The notes beneath the pieces were generated by a model. It ran no database searches, was not told the DNA's origin, and saw nothing but the letters and a program-made list of their open reading frames with translations. The translations under genes and the position numbers were made by a program. A stretch of 64,000 bases of DNA from an uncultured Eubacterium sp. (GTDB lineage: Bacteria; Bacillota; Clostridia; Oscillospirales; Acutalibacteraceae): positions 64,952-128,951 of the forward strand of contig NZ_CAKSZA010000001.1 in NCBI RefSeq assembly GCF_934525195.1. The letters run 5' to 3'. Shown piece after piece: positions 55,320 through 64,000 of this stretch. Position 1 is the first letter of the stretch, and every line of letters starts with the position of its first letter.

Positions 55320-57965
55320 CTATTCCTCCTCTGCCATAACTTCGCTGACCGAAAGTTTAACCGTATCGTCAACTTCCTCATCACCGAGAACGGCTGTTGC
55401 CACTTGATTGAAAGAGCGCTTTACAATCGGCGAATAGAAATACCAACCGTCAATATTTACATACGCTCTGACCGAAACAACAGTATCTCGTTGATTTGGC
55501 GGAACTTCATTTATAACAAGGTTAAACGCTGTTTTATTGCCATCGGAAACAGTTTTTCCCGCCTTTACCTTGCGTTGCGCATTGTCAACATAAAGTGTGT
55601 CGGTGTCGCCATAATTAAGAACAAATCCATATTCAACATTAGTTGCAAGAGTTTCCAACTCGTCAATTTTTGTCCACGTGAATCCAAATCTCATTCCTGA
55701 ATCCGTCGCTCGGATTTGAGCACCTCTTGCTTCTGCATAATTGCCCGAATCCTTATATGAACAGAAACGGTAAGAATATTTTTCCAAAAACGCTCTTAGT
55801 TTGCTGAATCCGCTTTGAAGCTGAGCGATAAAGTTATATTTATACTCACCATCTGCCTCCAATTCAGGAGAAAGGTTGTTGTTTACATAAATATCGACAT
55901 CACTCGGAATATCAAGATAGAGCGAAGACGCCTTTGGGACAAACAAAGTTTCGAGTGATTTGCAATTTTCAAAAGTGCTTGTTACATTTGCGTCACAATC
56001 AACAAGTCGAGGCAAATACGCAATTTGAAGTTTGGTGCAGTTTTTGAATAAACCGTTATTGATTTCTGCAAGTTTACCGAGTTTAACGATTTGAACCAAC
56101 GAATTTTCAAAAGCATTTTCATCAGCTTTAAAACATTTTTCAAGTATAATATAGCTAAATCCCGAATTTTTAAAGGCATATTTGCCAACTGTTCTTATGC
56201 TCGGAGAAGAAAATCCGCTTGCAAATGCAGTACAATCGGCGAAAGCATAATCGCCGATATTCTTTACTGTTTTAGGCAACGACACATTGTTAATATCGCA
56301 ATATCTAAAACAATTTTCGCTAACCGAAACAGGAACTGTACCATCGATTGAATCAGGAACGACAACATCCTTTTTGCCGCCCAAATACGCAAGAAGCGAA
56401 CCATTTTCGTCAATAATGAATTCCGACTCGTTAATATAATAATCGCCACAGAAAAATCTGCCGTGGAACACAGAACCTGTTTTTTCATAAGCGGCGGCAA
56501 TAATTCGAGTGCTTTCATTAATTTTTATAGGCTCTGAATAAATCGTACCGTTTTTTAGAGTAGGCAATGTTCCGTCAGTTGTATAAACAATATCAATCAA
56601 AGTGCTTGAACAATCAAGTTTTAGACTGATTTCGTCAGTATAAACGCCGCTTTGATAATTAGGTTTGATATTTTTACTTCTTGTGGAATCAATCAAATTT
56701 GAAAAATTCACTATTCCCTTGCCGTATTTTTTGCATTGATTTTTTTCCATAAAAGGAACGCAGCAATCAAGCAATTTCTTTTTTACTTCATACGGAGAAT
56801 AGTTTGAATGTTCTGTGCGAACAATGGCTGCGGCAGCAGAAACAATCGGAGCGGAAAACGACGTTCCTTTTGAATAAATATATTTTGGGCTTGGATCTTT
56901 TCTTGTTGCCTTGTAGGAAGCAAATGCAAACGGAGCCGAAATATCAACATAATTACCATAATTTGAATATTCACTCGGAACGCTGTTTTTTTCAACTCCC
57001 GCAACGGAAATCACATTATCATACTGAGAAGGAAAACTCAAAGACTCATCTCCGCTATTGCCTGCCGAGCTGACAAAGAGAACCCCCATATCGGTGAGTT
57101 CATTGATTTCATTTTCAATATGACTGTCCATTTTATCTCCGCTGAACGACATATTGATTATATCGGGACGTTTAGTCATATTCTTGATGTGATTAAGTGC
57201 AAGAAGCAAGCTTGAATCAGTTACAGACATACCATATGCCACCTTGAAAGCCTGAACCTTAACATTTTCGGGTGTGCAAAGGACAACTGTACTTGCAACC
57301 TTTGTGCCATGTCCGTTATCATCCATTTCGTCGCCTGATGCCATAAAAGAAAAATCTGTATGCGTGCGGATAACTCTGTTTTTGAACAAATCAATATCAT
57401 ATTGTATACCGCTGTCAAGCACTCCGACAACAACTTCCCTGTTCACTCTATATTTATAAAATGAAACAGCTTCATCAATATCACACAATTTATATGCCCA
57501 TTCAAAAGCATCGCTTCTGTCTTTTAAAGTTGAAAGAAGGCTGCTGTTGAGATTATAAGAAACCTCTGTTTCCTGCTCATAAGCCTCATCAAGAGAAAAA
57601 ACAGAATCGTATGACGGTTCATAACCGAGAGCCTCGAATTTTGAAAAGGCTGATGATGCAGATTTTACGTCATCATACTGAACAACCGTATAGCCATACA
57701 AATTTGCTGTGGCAACACTGTTATAAGTGTCGACATTTTTGTCATTGGCTTTTATTATAATTCTGTTTTTAACCACCACTCTGTCAACTTTTTCGGATAA
57801 AAACTCATCAACAAAGTCATCGTCGGTTGTAAGCAATCCTGCCAAATCCTCGGCTGCACGATTAGCTTCTTTATCGGATGCGGCAGAAACAACAACACAG
57901 TTCATAGGTGCAAATGTACCGGCAAAAAGAAGCAAAGCCAAAAACAATGACATTATTTTTTTCAT
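55320..57965 (-). CDS. Secreted S8 (subtilisin-like) serine peptidase with C-terminal leucine-rich-repeat (BspA-type) modules
   Basis: Signal peptide; catalytic triad contexts VGVLDSG, DNGHGTKVAS and GTSFSAPIVS; repeated LRR-like modules (...IGDYAFADC..., ...VGKYAFKNS...). Start at 57965 with a GGAGGTG RBS. Confidence 0.85.
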   Translation of the reverse strand: MKKIMSLFLALLLFAGTFAPMNCVVVSAASDKEANRAAEDLAGLLTTDDDFVDEFLSEKVDRVVVKNRIIIKANDKNVDTYNSVATANLYGYTVVQYDDVKSASSAFSKFEALGYEPSYDSVFSLDEAYEQETEVSYNLNSSLLSTLKDRSDAFEWAYKLCDIDEAVSFYKYRVNREVVVGVLDSGIQYDIDLFKNRVIRTHTDFSFMASGDEMDDNGHGTKVASTVVLCTPENVKVQAFKVAYGMSVTDSSLLLALNHIKNMTKRPDIINMSFSGDKMDSHIENEINELTDMGVLFVSSAGNSGDESLSFPSQYDNVISVAGVEKNSVPSEYSNYGNYVDISAPFAFASYKATRKDPSPKYIYSKGTSFSAPIVSAAAAIVRTEHSNYSPYEVKKKLLDCCVPFMEKNQCKKYGKGIVNFSNLIDSTRSKNIKPNYQSGVYTDEISLKLDCSSTLIDIVYTTDGTLPTLKNGTIYSEPIKINESTRIIAAAYEKTGSVFHGRFFCGDYYINESEFIIDENGSLLAYLGGKKDVVVPDSIDGTVPVSVSENCFRYCDINNVSLPKTVKNIGDYAFADCTAFASGFSSPSIRTVGKYAFKNSGFSYIILEKCFKADENAFENSLVQIVKLGKLAEINNGLFKNCTKLQIAYLPRLVDCDANVTSTFENCKSLETLFVPKASSLYLDIPSDVDIYVNNNLSPELEADGEYKYNFIAQLQSGFSKLRAFLEKYSYRFCSYKDSGNYAEARGAQIRATDSGMRFGFTWTKIDELETLATNVEYGFVLNYGDTDTLYVDNAQRKVKAGKTVSDGNKTAFNLVINEVPPNQRDTVVSVRAYVNIDGWYFYSPIVKRSFNQVATAVLGDEEVDDTVKLSVSEVMAEEE

Positions 57966-58159
57966 ACAATCGCACCTCCGATCTAAACTTTCAATCAATG
58001 CAAATCGAATGTTTTAACATTACTTTAACATTATTATACTATTAATATATCATAATGTTGCGACTATTTCAACATTTTTTTATAGGCGAGTTGCACAAAA
58101 TTTATCTATAATAATTTGTCACAATGTTCATATTATGTTATTCTTTATACAAAGATATA

Positions 58160-58191
58160 AAAAACTGCAAGCCGAAGCTTGCAGTTTTTTT
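58160..58191. terminator. Bidirectional hairpin terminator after the GH18 gene
   Basis: ctgcaagc/gcttgcag stem flanked by A5 and T7. Confidence 0.7.
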
Positions 58192-58206
58192 GTTATTTGT
58201 AATTGA

Positions 58207-59640
58207 TTATTGTTTTGCAGACTTGGTGTCTGTAATCGCTTTGAAAAGCGAAAGTTCGTTATCATAAGGCAAATCGCAGCTATAATGCCAAATCATCACT
58301 CCGCCGAGACCCGCATCAATGGCAAAAGCGGTTTTGTCGGCAATCATCTGAACCGAATTGATATATTGCGGAGCGGTCATTGGATTGCCATCGTGGTCAA
58401 AATCATTGAAATAAATGAGATTGGTAAATTTATCAATCTTATTGCTGTACTGATTATAATTTCCCCAATAGCCAAGACGGTTGGTCGGTCGAGAATAGAA
58501 CGGCAAACCAAGGTCGATTTGTTCGGGAGAAAAACCGCCTTTGATTGCCTTGTCAATACCGTTGACGGTTGTTGAGAAAATCGAATGATAGCCGTGAGCG
58601 GTGAACATATCATAGAGCATAACCTCTACCCTGTCAACTGCCTTGATTACATCATCGTCAAACCTCAAATCCCACGGTGCGATTGCAAGGGAAATAATCT
58701 TGTCGGGCATTGCCTTGTCAAGCTTACGCAAGAAATTGTTAAAGCGCTTCCAATCCGCCTTATCATACGGAAATTCATAATCCATATCATAGCCGTCAAA
58801 GCCATATTTATTGACAAAGTCAACAATGCTTGCAACAAGATTGTCAACATTCTGATCACTCATCATAGACTTGATGTCGAGATTATCCTCGCCATAAGGC
58901 ATCGCTATATCAGTTATAATATTGATTTTTCTGTCGCCGATTTTTGATTTTAAAAGATTAACTTTATCTGCATAATACTGCTCGTCAACCTCGTTTGAAT
59001 TCCCGTCATAAAATTTGATATTACCCTGTCCGTCAAATTTTGCCGTGCCGAAAACGATGACATCGGTGAGTGCGTCAAGATTTGAAAAATCAGCCTCTTC
59101 CTTGATGTCCTCGGCAAGAAAATACGCATTTACACGGAGGTCTTTTGCCTTTTCATTTTTAAGATAATACGCCTCAAAATTATTTACATTATAATTGCCC
59201 GATGACTCATTTACGAAAACACGAAGGTATCTGTATTTTACATCACCCAAAAAGCAGGTGTGACCGCCCTCGATACAATCGCTCTGATAAAGGAACTGAT
59301 AATTTGCATCCTGTTCGTTTGAGCCGTAAATTTCAAACAAAGTAACTTTTTTACCCGACTCGCCGAGGATAACGGTGTTGAAATCGACACTATCTCCAAA
59401 ATCAACGGTCATATACATGACTTCCTCGTGCTTACCTTTGAGAGAAAAGCTCTTTTTGGTTTTACCGTCCTGCGTGGTATATGTTGCGGATGAGGCAAGA
59501 TTCAAGCCGTCACTTTTCGTTGCGGACTTTGTATAGGTATTCGTCATTATACTTTTGCCCGTATTTGAGCACGAGCAAAATGTAAGGCAGACAAGAACTG
59601 CAACAAGTAAGATTGATAGTGTTTTTTGTAATTTTTTCAT
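58207..59640 (-). CDS. Lipoprotein with a discoidin-like (F5/8 type C) N-domain and a GH18 catalytic domain (chitinase / endo-beta-N-acetylglucosaminidase-like)
   Basis: Lipobox LTFCSC and an intact GH18 DxxDxDxE motif (FDGYDMDYE). Confidence 0.8.
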   Translation of the reverse strand: MKKLQKTLSILLVAVLVCLTFCSCSNTGKSIMTNTYTKSATKSDGLNLASSATYTTQDGKTKKSFSLKGKHEEVMYMTVDFGDSVDFNTVILGESGKKVTLFEIYGSNEQDANYQFLYQSDCIEGGHTCFLGDVKYRYLRVFVNESSGNYNVNNFEAYYLKNEKAKDLRVNAYFLAEDIKEEADFSNLDALTDVIVFGTAKFDGQGNIKFYDGNSNEVDEQYYADKVNLLKSKIGDRKINIITDIAMPYGEDNLDIKSMMSDQNVDNLVASIVDFVNKYGFDGYDMDYEFPYDKADWKRFNNFLRKLDKAMPDKIISLAIAPWDLRFDDDVIKAVDRVEVMLYDMFTAHGYHSIFSTTVNGIDKAIKGGFSPEQIDLGLPFYSRPTNRLGYWGNYNQYSNKIDKFTNLIYFNDFDHDGNPMTAPQYINSVQMIADKTAFAIDAGLGGVMIWHYSCDLPYDNELSLFKAITDTKSAKQ

Positions 59641-59658
59641 AATTTCTCCTTTTGGTTA

Positions 59659-61410
59659 TCACTTAACCGATGGGAACTGCGAATTATACAGTTCATAATA
59701 AAATCCTTTTTTAGTAAGCAAATCTTTGTGTTTGCCCTGCTCAACAATATTACCGTCACGCATAACAAGAATTATATCGGCTTCCCTGATTGTGGCAAGG
59801 CGGTGAGCAACGATAAAGGTTGTTCTGCCCTGCATTAATCGTGAAAACGCCTTTTGAATTCTGATTTCCGTTCTTGTATCGATTGACGAAGTTGCTTCAT
59901 CAAGAATAAGCATTGGCGGTTTGCAAAGCATCAAACGGGTTATGCACAAAAGCTGTCTTTGTCCTTGAGAGAGAGAACCTCCCGATTCGCCGATAACAGT
60001 ATCGTATCCGTTCGGAAGTCGCTTGATAAACGAATGAGAATGTGCTTTTTTGGCAGCTTCAATAACTTCTTCATCGGTTGCATTCGGAGCACCGAGTTTG
60101 ATATTATCCTTGATTGTGCCTGATTTGAGCCAAGTATCTTGAAGCACCATACCAAAGTTTTGTCTGACTGATTTGCGAGTTATATCGCTGTATTCGGTAT
60201 CATCAACGGAGATTGTTCCGCTGTTGACATCATAGAACCTCATCAAAAGATTTATGAGAGTAGTTTTACCGCAACCCGTAGGTCCGACGATTGCAACCCT
60301 CTGTCCCGGCTGAACAGACAAATTAAAGTTTTCAATCAACTTTTTATTTTCCGTATATGAGAAATTAACATTTGTGAGTTGCATTTTGCCGTCAACTGAT
60401 TTGAGTTCAACCGCATTTTCGCTGTCGGCAGGAACTTCCTCCTCGGCAAGAAGCTCGAAAAGTCTGCCTGCGCAGGCAAAAGCGTTTTGAAGTTCTGTGA
60501 CAACACCGCTGATTTCGTTAAACGGCTTTGTGTACTGATTTGCATAAGACAAGAAACAAGTCAAGACACCGACCGTGATTGCCTCTTGATTTGTCTTGAC
60601 TGCAAGGATTGCACCGAACATTGCAACGGCGGCATACACTATTGAATTGACAAATCTTGTTGCAGGATTGGTGATTGACGAGAAGAACACAGCTTTAAGA
60701 GAATAACCCTGAAGTCTGTCGTTGATTTCGTCAAACTTTTGCATATTTTCCTCTGCGTGAGAATATGCGTCAACCGTTTTTGCATTGCCAATCATTTCGT
60801 CAATAAACGAAGTTTGTTCGCCTCTTGTTTCGGACTGGAGTTTAAACATCTTGTGAGTGTTCTTTGCAATGAACGAAGCAATTACGAACGAAAGCGGAGT
60901 GACAACAACCACAACGATTGTAATCCACCAATTGATTTTTAGCATAAACACAAGCGTTGCAAGAATGGTGACAACACCTGTAAAAAACTGAGTGAAGCCC
61001 ATCAAAAGACCGTCTGCAAACTGGTCAACATCTGCAATTACCCTCGACACAATTTCGCCGCTCGGATGAGAATCAAGATAAGAAACAGGAAGTTTTTCAA
61101 TTTTTGCAAAAGCCTTGTCCCTCATATCACGAACAACGCCAAAGGTTATCTTGTTGTTGAGCACATTCATAACCCATTGAGAGAGTGCAACAACACCGAT
61201 TACAACACAAATTTCAATAAGAACAGGAACAATCTTGTCGAACCGAACAAGACCCTTATCAATTATGAAGTCAATTACATTACCGATACGAACCGGAATG
61301 TAAAGTGAGCCGGCAACGCTGACAAGTGCAAGAAGCATTGACGCAACAAGCATTGCCTTGTATCTACTGACATAAGCAAAGACACGCTTTAATATCTGTT
61401 TATTAGTCAC
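59659..61410 (-). CDS. ABC exporter, fused permease-ATPase (heterodimer partner 2)
   Basis: 6 TM segments plus an NBD with GPTGCGKTT, LSQGQRQL and ILDEATS. The GTG start at 61410 overlaps the upstream gene by 8 nt (GAGGAGG RBS). Confidence 0.88.
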   Translation of the reverse strand: MTNKQILKRVFAYVSRYKAMLVASMLLALVSVAGSLYIPVRIGNVIDFIIDKGLVRFDKIVPVLIEICVVIGVVALSQWVMNVLNNKITFGVVRDMRDKAFAKIEKLPVSYLDSHPSGEIVSRVIADVDQFADGLLMGFTQFFTGVVTILATLVFMLKINWWITIVVVVVTPLSFVIASFIAKNTHKMFKLQSETRGEQTSFIDEMIGNAKTVDAYSHAEENMQKFDEINDRLQGYSLKAVFFSSITNPATRFVNSIVYAAVAMFGAILAVKTNQEAITVGVLTCFLSYANQYTKPFNEISGVVTELQNAFACAGRLFELLAEEEVPADSENAVELKSVDGKMQLTNVNFSYTENKKLIENFNLSVQPGQRVAIVGPTGCGKTTLINLLMRFYDVNSGTISVDDTEYSDITRKSVRQNFGMVLQDTWLKSGTIKDNIKLGAPNATDEEVIEAAKKAHSHSFIKRLPNGYDTVIGESGGSLSQGQRQLLCITRLMLCKPPMLILDEATSSIDTRTEIRIQKAFSRLMQGRTTFIVAHRLATIREADIILVMRDGNIVEQGKHKDLLTKKGFYYELYNSQFPSVK

Positions 61411-63130
61411 CGACAGCCACCTCCTCTTCGCTAAACTGCGAGAAATAGATTTCTCTGTAAACCTCGCAGGATTTAAGGAGTTGTTCATTTGTGCCGACAT
61501 CAACAATCTGTCCGTCCTCAAGAACGATAATTTTATCCGCAGACAAAATTGAGGAGGTTCGTTCTGAAACTATGAACAAAGTCGGTTTGTAATCAAGTGA
61601 CAATATAGCTTCCCGAAGTGCTTTTTCGGTTGCGAAGTCGAGAGCCGATGCGCTGTCATCAAGCACTATGATTTCAGGTTTTGACACAATAGCTCTTGCA
61701 ATAGACAGTCTTTGCTTTTGACCGCCCGAAAGGTTTGCACCGTTCTGTTCGATAACCGTATCAAGTCCGTCTTTTTCGTATACATTATCATAAACTTGAG
61801 CAATGCGGAGTGCCTCGTTGATTTCCTCATCCGTGGCATCTTTTTTGCCCCATTTGATATTGTCACGAACAGTGCCTGCAAACAGCACAGCCTTTTGCAT
61901 AACAAAGCCGATATTTGAACGAAGTTCGTCCTTATCAACCGATTTGACATCTCTGCCGTTGACGGTCACTCTGCCCTTTGTGGCATCATAATAATGCGGA
62001 ATAAGGTGCACAAGGCTTGATTTTCCGCTACCTGTTGAGCCGATAATTCCGACCGTTTGACCCTTATCTGCAAAGAAGCTGATATCTGTAAGGCTTTCCT
62101 CACCTGCACCGTTATATGTGAGTGATACATCATCAAAACAAACAGCGTGGTTGTCATAGCATTTAATGTCGTCAGTGTGTTCAAGAGTGTTTTCAACATT
62201 TAGAACGCTTGCAATTCTGCCACCCGAAGCAAAGCCCTTTGTTATGGTAACTATAAGCGAAGCAAACTTGACAAGTTCAACAAGAATTTGGCTCATATAA
62301 TTATAAAGAGCAACGACCTGACCTTGATTGAGAGTTCCCGATTCAACCTTTAATGCACCGCTGTAAATGAGAAGCACAATACCAAGATTGATAATTATAT
62401 AGGTAATCGGATTCATCAAAGCAGAAATCCTGCCAACGCTCCTTTGAAAATGAGCAAGAAGATTGTTTCTTTCCTTAAACTTATCATACTCGTCATCTTC
62501 CTCTGTGAATGCACGGATAACTCTTGCACCCGTGAGATTTTCCCTTGTCATAAGAGTTACGGAATCAAGAGTGTTTTGCACATTTTTGTACATAGGCACG
62601 GTACATTTCATAATAACCGCAACCACAATGCTGAGAAGTGCAATAACAAGCAAGAAAATAAGGCTGATTTTTGCATCAATCGTCATAGCCATAACGAACG
62701 CACCCACAACGATGAACGGTGAACGCAAAAACAAGCGAAGCACCATATTAACAGTGCTTTGTGCTTGATTGACATCATTTGTCATTCGAGTGATGAGAGT
62801 TGATGTGCCGATACTGTCTATCTCATTGAACGAGAACGACTGTATTTTTTTAAACAGAGAATGTCTGACCTCCGTTGCAAAACCCGTAGCCGCCTTTGCC
62901 GCAAAGAACTGTGCGGTAATAGCCGCAACCATACCCACAACAGCAAGAACCACAAGCAAAAGTGCCTTGGACACAACCAATTTCAAATTGCCCTCACGGA
63001 TACCGTCGTTGATGATTGATGCAACAACAAGAGGCACAATGAGTTCAAATATCGCTTCAAGCATTTTAAAAAGCGGTGCTAAAAACGACTGTATTTTATA
63101 ATTTTTCAAAAATGGCAGCAGTTGTTTCAT
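61403..63130 (-). CDS. ABC exporter, fused permease-ATPase (heterodimer partner 1)
   Basis: 6 TM segments plus an NBD with GSTGSGKSS, LSGGQKQR and VLDDSAS. Confidence 0.88.
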   Translation of the reverse strand: MKQLLPFLKNYKIQSFLAPLFKMLEAIFELIVPLVVASIINDGIREGNLKLVVSKALLLVVLAVVGMVAAITAQFFAAKAATGFATEVRHSLFKKIQSFSFNEIDSIGTSTLITRMTNDVNQAQSTVNMVLRLFLRSPFIVVGAFVMAMTIDAKISLIFLLVIALLSIVVAVIMKCTVPMYKNVQNTLDSVTLMTRENLTGARVIRAFTEEDDEYDKFKERNNLLAHFQRSVGRISALMNPITYIIINLGIVLLIYSGALKVESGTLNQGQVVALYNYMSQILVELVKFASLIVTITKGFASGGRIASVLNVENTLEHTDDIKCYDNHAVCFDDVSLTYNGAGEESLTDISFFADKGQTVGIIGSTGSGKSSLVHLIPHYYDATKGRVTVNGRDVKSVDKDELRSNIGFVMQKAVLFAGTVRDNIKWGKKDATDEEINEALRIAQVYDNVYEKDGLDTVIEQNGANLSGGQKQRLSIARAIVSKPEIIVLDDSASALDFATEKALREAILSLDYKPTLFIVSERTSSILSADKIIVLEDGQIVDVGTNEQLLKSCEVYREIYFSQFSEEEVAVGD

Positions 63131-63226
63131 TTTCCCTCCAAAAAGTTCGTATAAATATATACATATTATATAAACGAAAGTTATTTATGTCAATTGAAAA
63201 AATATAATAAAAAGACAAAAAAATTA

Positions 63227-63256
63227 TTGAAATGAGTATATAAATAGTGGTATAAT
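63227..63256 (+). promoter_or_regulatory. Sigma-A promoter with a TG-extended -10 element
   Basis: TTGAAA (63227-63232), an 18-nt spacer, then TGgTATAAT (63248-63256). Confidence 0.55.
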
Positions 63257-63288
63257 CAAAATCGAAATTTATCGGAGAAGGTGTTAAT

Positions 63289-64000
63289 ATGGAACAGAAA
63301 CCTGTTACAGCAATTATCGTAGGCGCAGGACACAGAGCGTTTGTTTACAGCAAACTTGCAAAAACCAACCCGGAACTGCTCAAAATCGTGGGCGTTGCAG
63401 ACCCTAACCCGATAAGGCGAAAAAAGGCTATGGATGAGTTTGGATTTTCAGAGGATATGTGCTTTGAAAATGCCGAAGAACTCGCAAAGCACGGCAAACT
63501 CGCAGACACGGTCATCAACGGCACAATGGACGAACAGCACCTCGAAACCGCTGTTCCGCTTCTCAATGCAGGATATGATATGCTCCTTGAAAAGCCGTTT
63601 GCGCCAAACGAGGACGAAATGCGTCAAATTGTTGACTGCGCAAAAAAGAACAATTCCAAAGTTATGATTTGCCACGTTCTGCGCTACACCCCGTTCTATT
63701 ACGGAATTAAGGAGAGAATAGTCAACGGCGAAATCGGCGATATTATTAATATTCAAACAACGGAACACGTTTCGTATCATCATCTTTCAACCTCATATGT
63801 TAGAGGCAAATGGGCAAACAAGGACAAGTGCCACACAACAATGCTCCTTGCAAAATGTTGCCACGACCTCGACATTATGATGTGGATGATGGCAGACACA
63901 AAACCGACTCAGATTTGTTCGTTCGGCGGAAAGTTTCAGTTCAAGCCTGAAAACGCTCCGAAAGGCGCAGGCACAATCTGTATGAAAGACTGCCCTTTGG
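63289..64000 (+). CDS. Gfo/Idh/MocA-family NAD(P)-dependent oxidoreductase, N-terminal part; the gene runs off the right edge of the window
   Basis: Absent from the ORF track. Manual translation from the ATG at 63289 (GGAGAAGG RBS) gives MEQKPVTAIIVGAGHRAFVYS...LLEKPFAPNEDE...VMICHVLRY..., open to the window end. Confidence 0.75.
   Translation, partial: MEQKPVTAIIVGAGHRAFVYSKLAKTNPELLKIVGVADPNPIRRKKAMDEFGFSEDMCFENAEELAKHGKLADTVINGTMDEQHLETAVPLLNAGYDMLLEKPFAPNEDEMRQIVDCAKKNNSKVMICHVLRYTPFYYGIKERIVNGEIGDIINIQTTEHVSYHHLSTSYVRGKWANKDKCHTTMLLAKCCHDLDIMMWMMADTKPTQICSFGGKFQFKPENAPKGAGTICMKDCPL

Noticed and set aside
54798-55700. A 300-aa plus-strand ORF.
   Set aside because: It lies antisense to the small lipoprotein gene and the 3' end of the S8 protease gene. 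Its sequence is low-complexity with no RBS, so it is a shadow ORF of well-supported minus-strand genes.

Overview
This is a 64-kb chromosomal segment from a low-GC, endospore-forming Firmicute, Clostridia-like on the evidence of yabP-yabQ-divIC, dpaAB, a SpoVE/RodA-family gene and a CIRCE-controlled groESL. Any finer taxonomic call would be a guess. The window is gene-dense, mostly minus-strand, and mostly housekeeping:
- tsaBE, fhs, rpiB, cca, groESL, murC, nadE, cdaA-cdaR, potABCD, and a complete rnfCDGEAB operon.
- Glycan-processing genes: GH38 mannosidase, GH29 fucosidase, a GH18 lipoprotein, a GPH transporter, and an aldose epimerase.
- One tRNA-Leu(GAG).

I saw no CRISPR array, transposase, integrase or obvious prophage. 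Two edge-truncated genes missing from the ORF track were found by manual translation: 1..822 (-) and 63289..64000 (+).

The candidates most worth follow-up are:
1. A single 858-aa ORF fusing a TetM/EF-G-like ribosomal GTPase to a Rae1/YacP-type NYN endoribonuclease.
2. A flavinylation-associated neighbourhood downstream of rnf. It holds an ApbE lipoprotein plus two FMN_bind-like proteins whose flavin-attachment motif is non-canonical (AGCT twice in a tandem-duplicated lipoprotein, AKST in a membrane-anchored one). A NusG_II protein and a Gx transporter sit next to them.
3. A roughly 1.3-kb two-gene cassette flanked by a duplicated copy of the rodA-cca intergenic region, with a poly(A) frameshift in its secreted-protein gene.
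4. An orphan MazF/EndoA toxin with no adjacent antitoxin.
5. A duplicated terminator plus tRNA-Leu 3' end module that looks like an att-type scar.

All functional calls rest on by-eye motif and family recognition. No database search was run.
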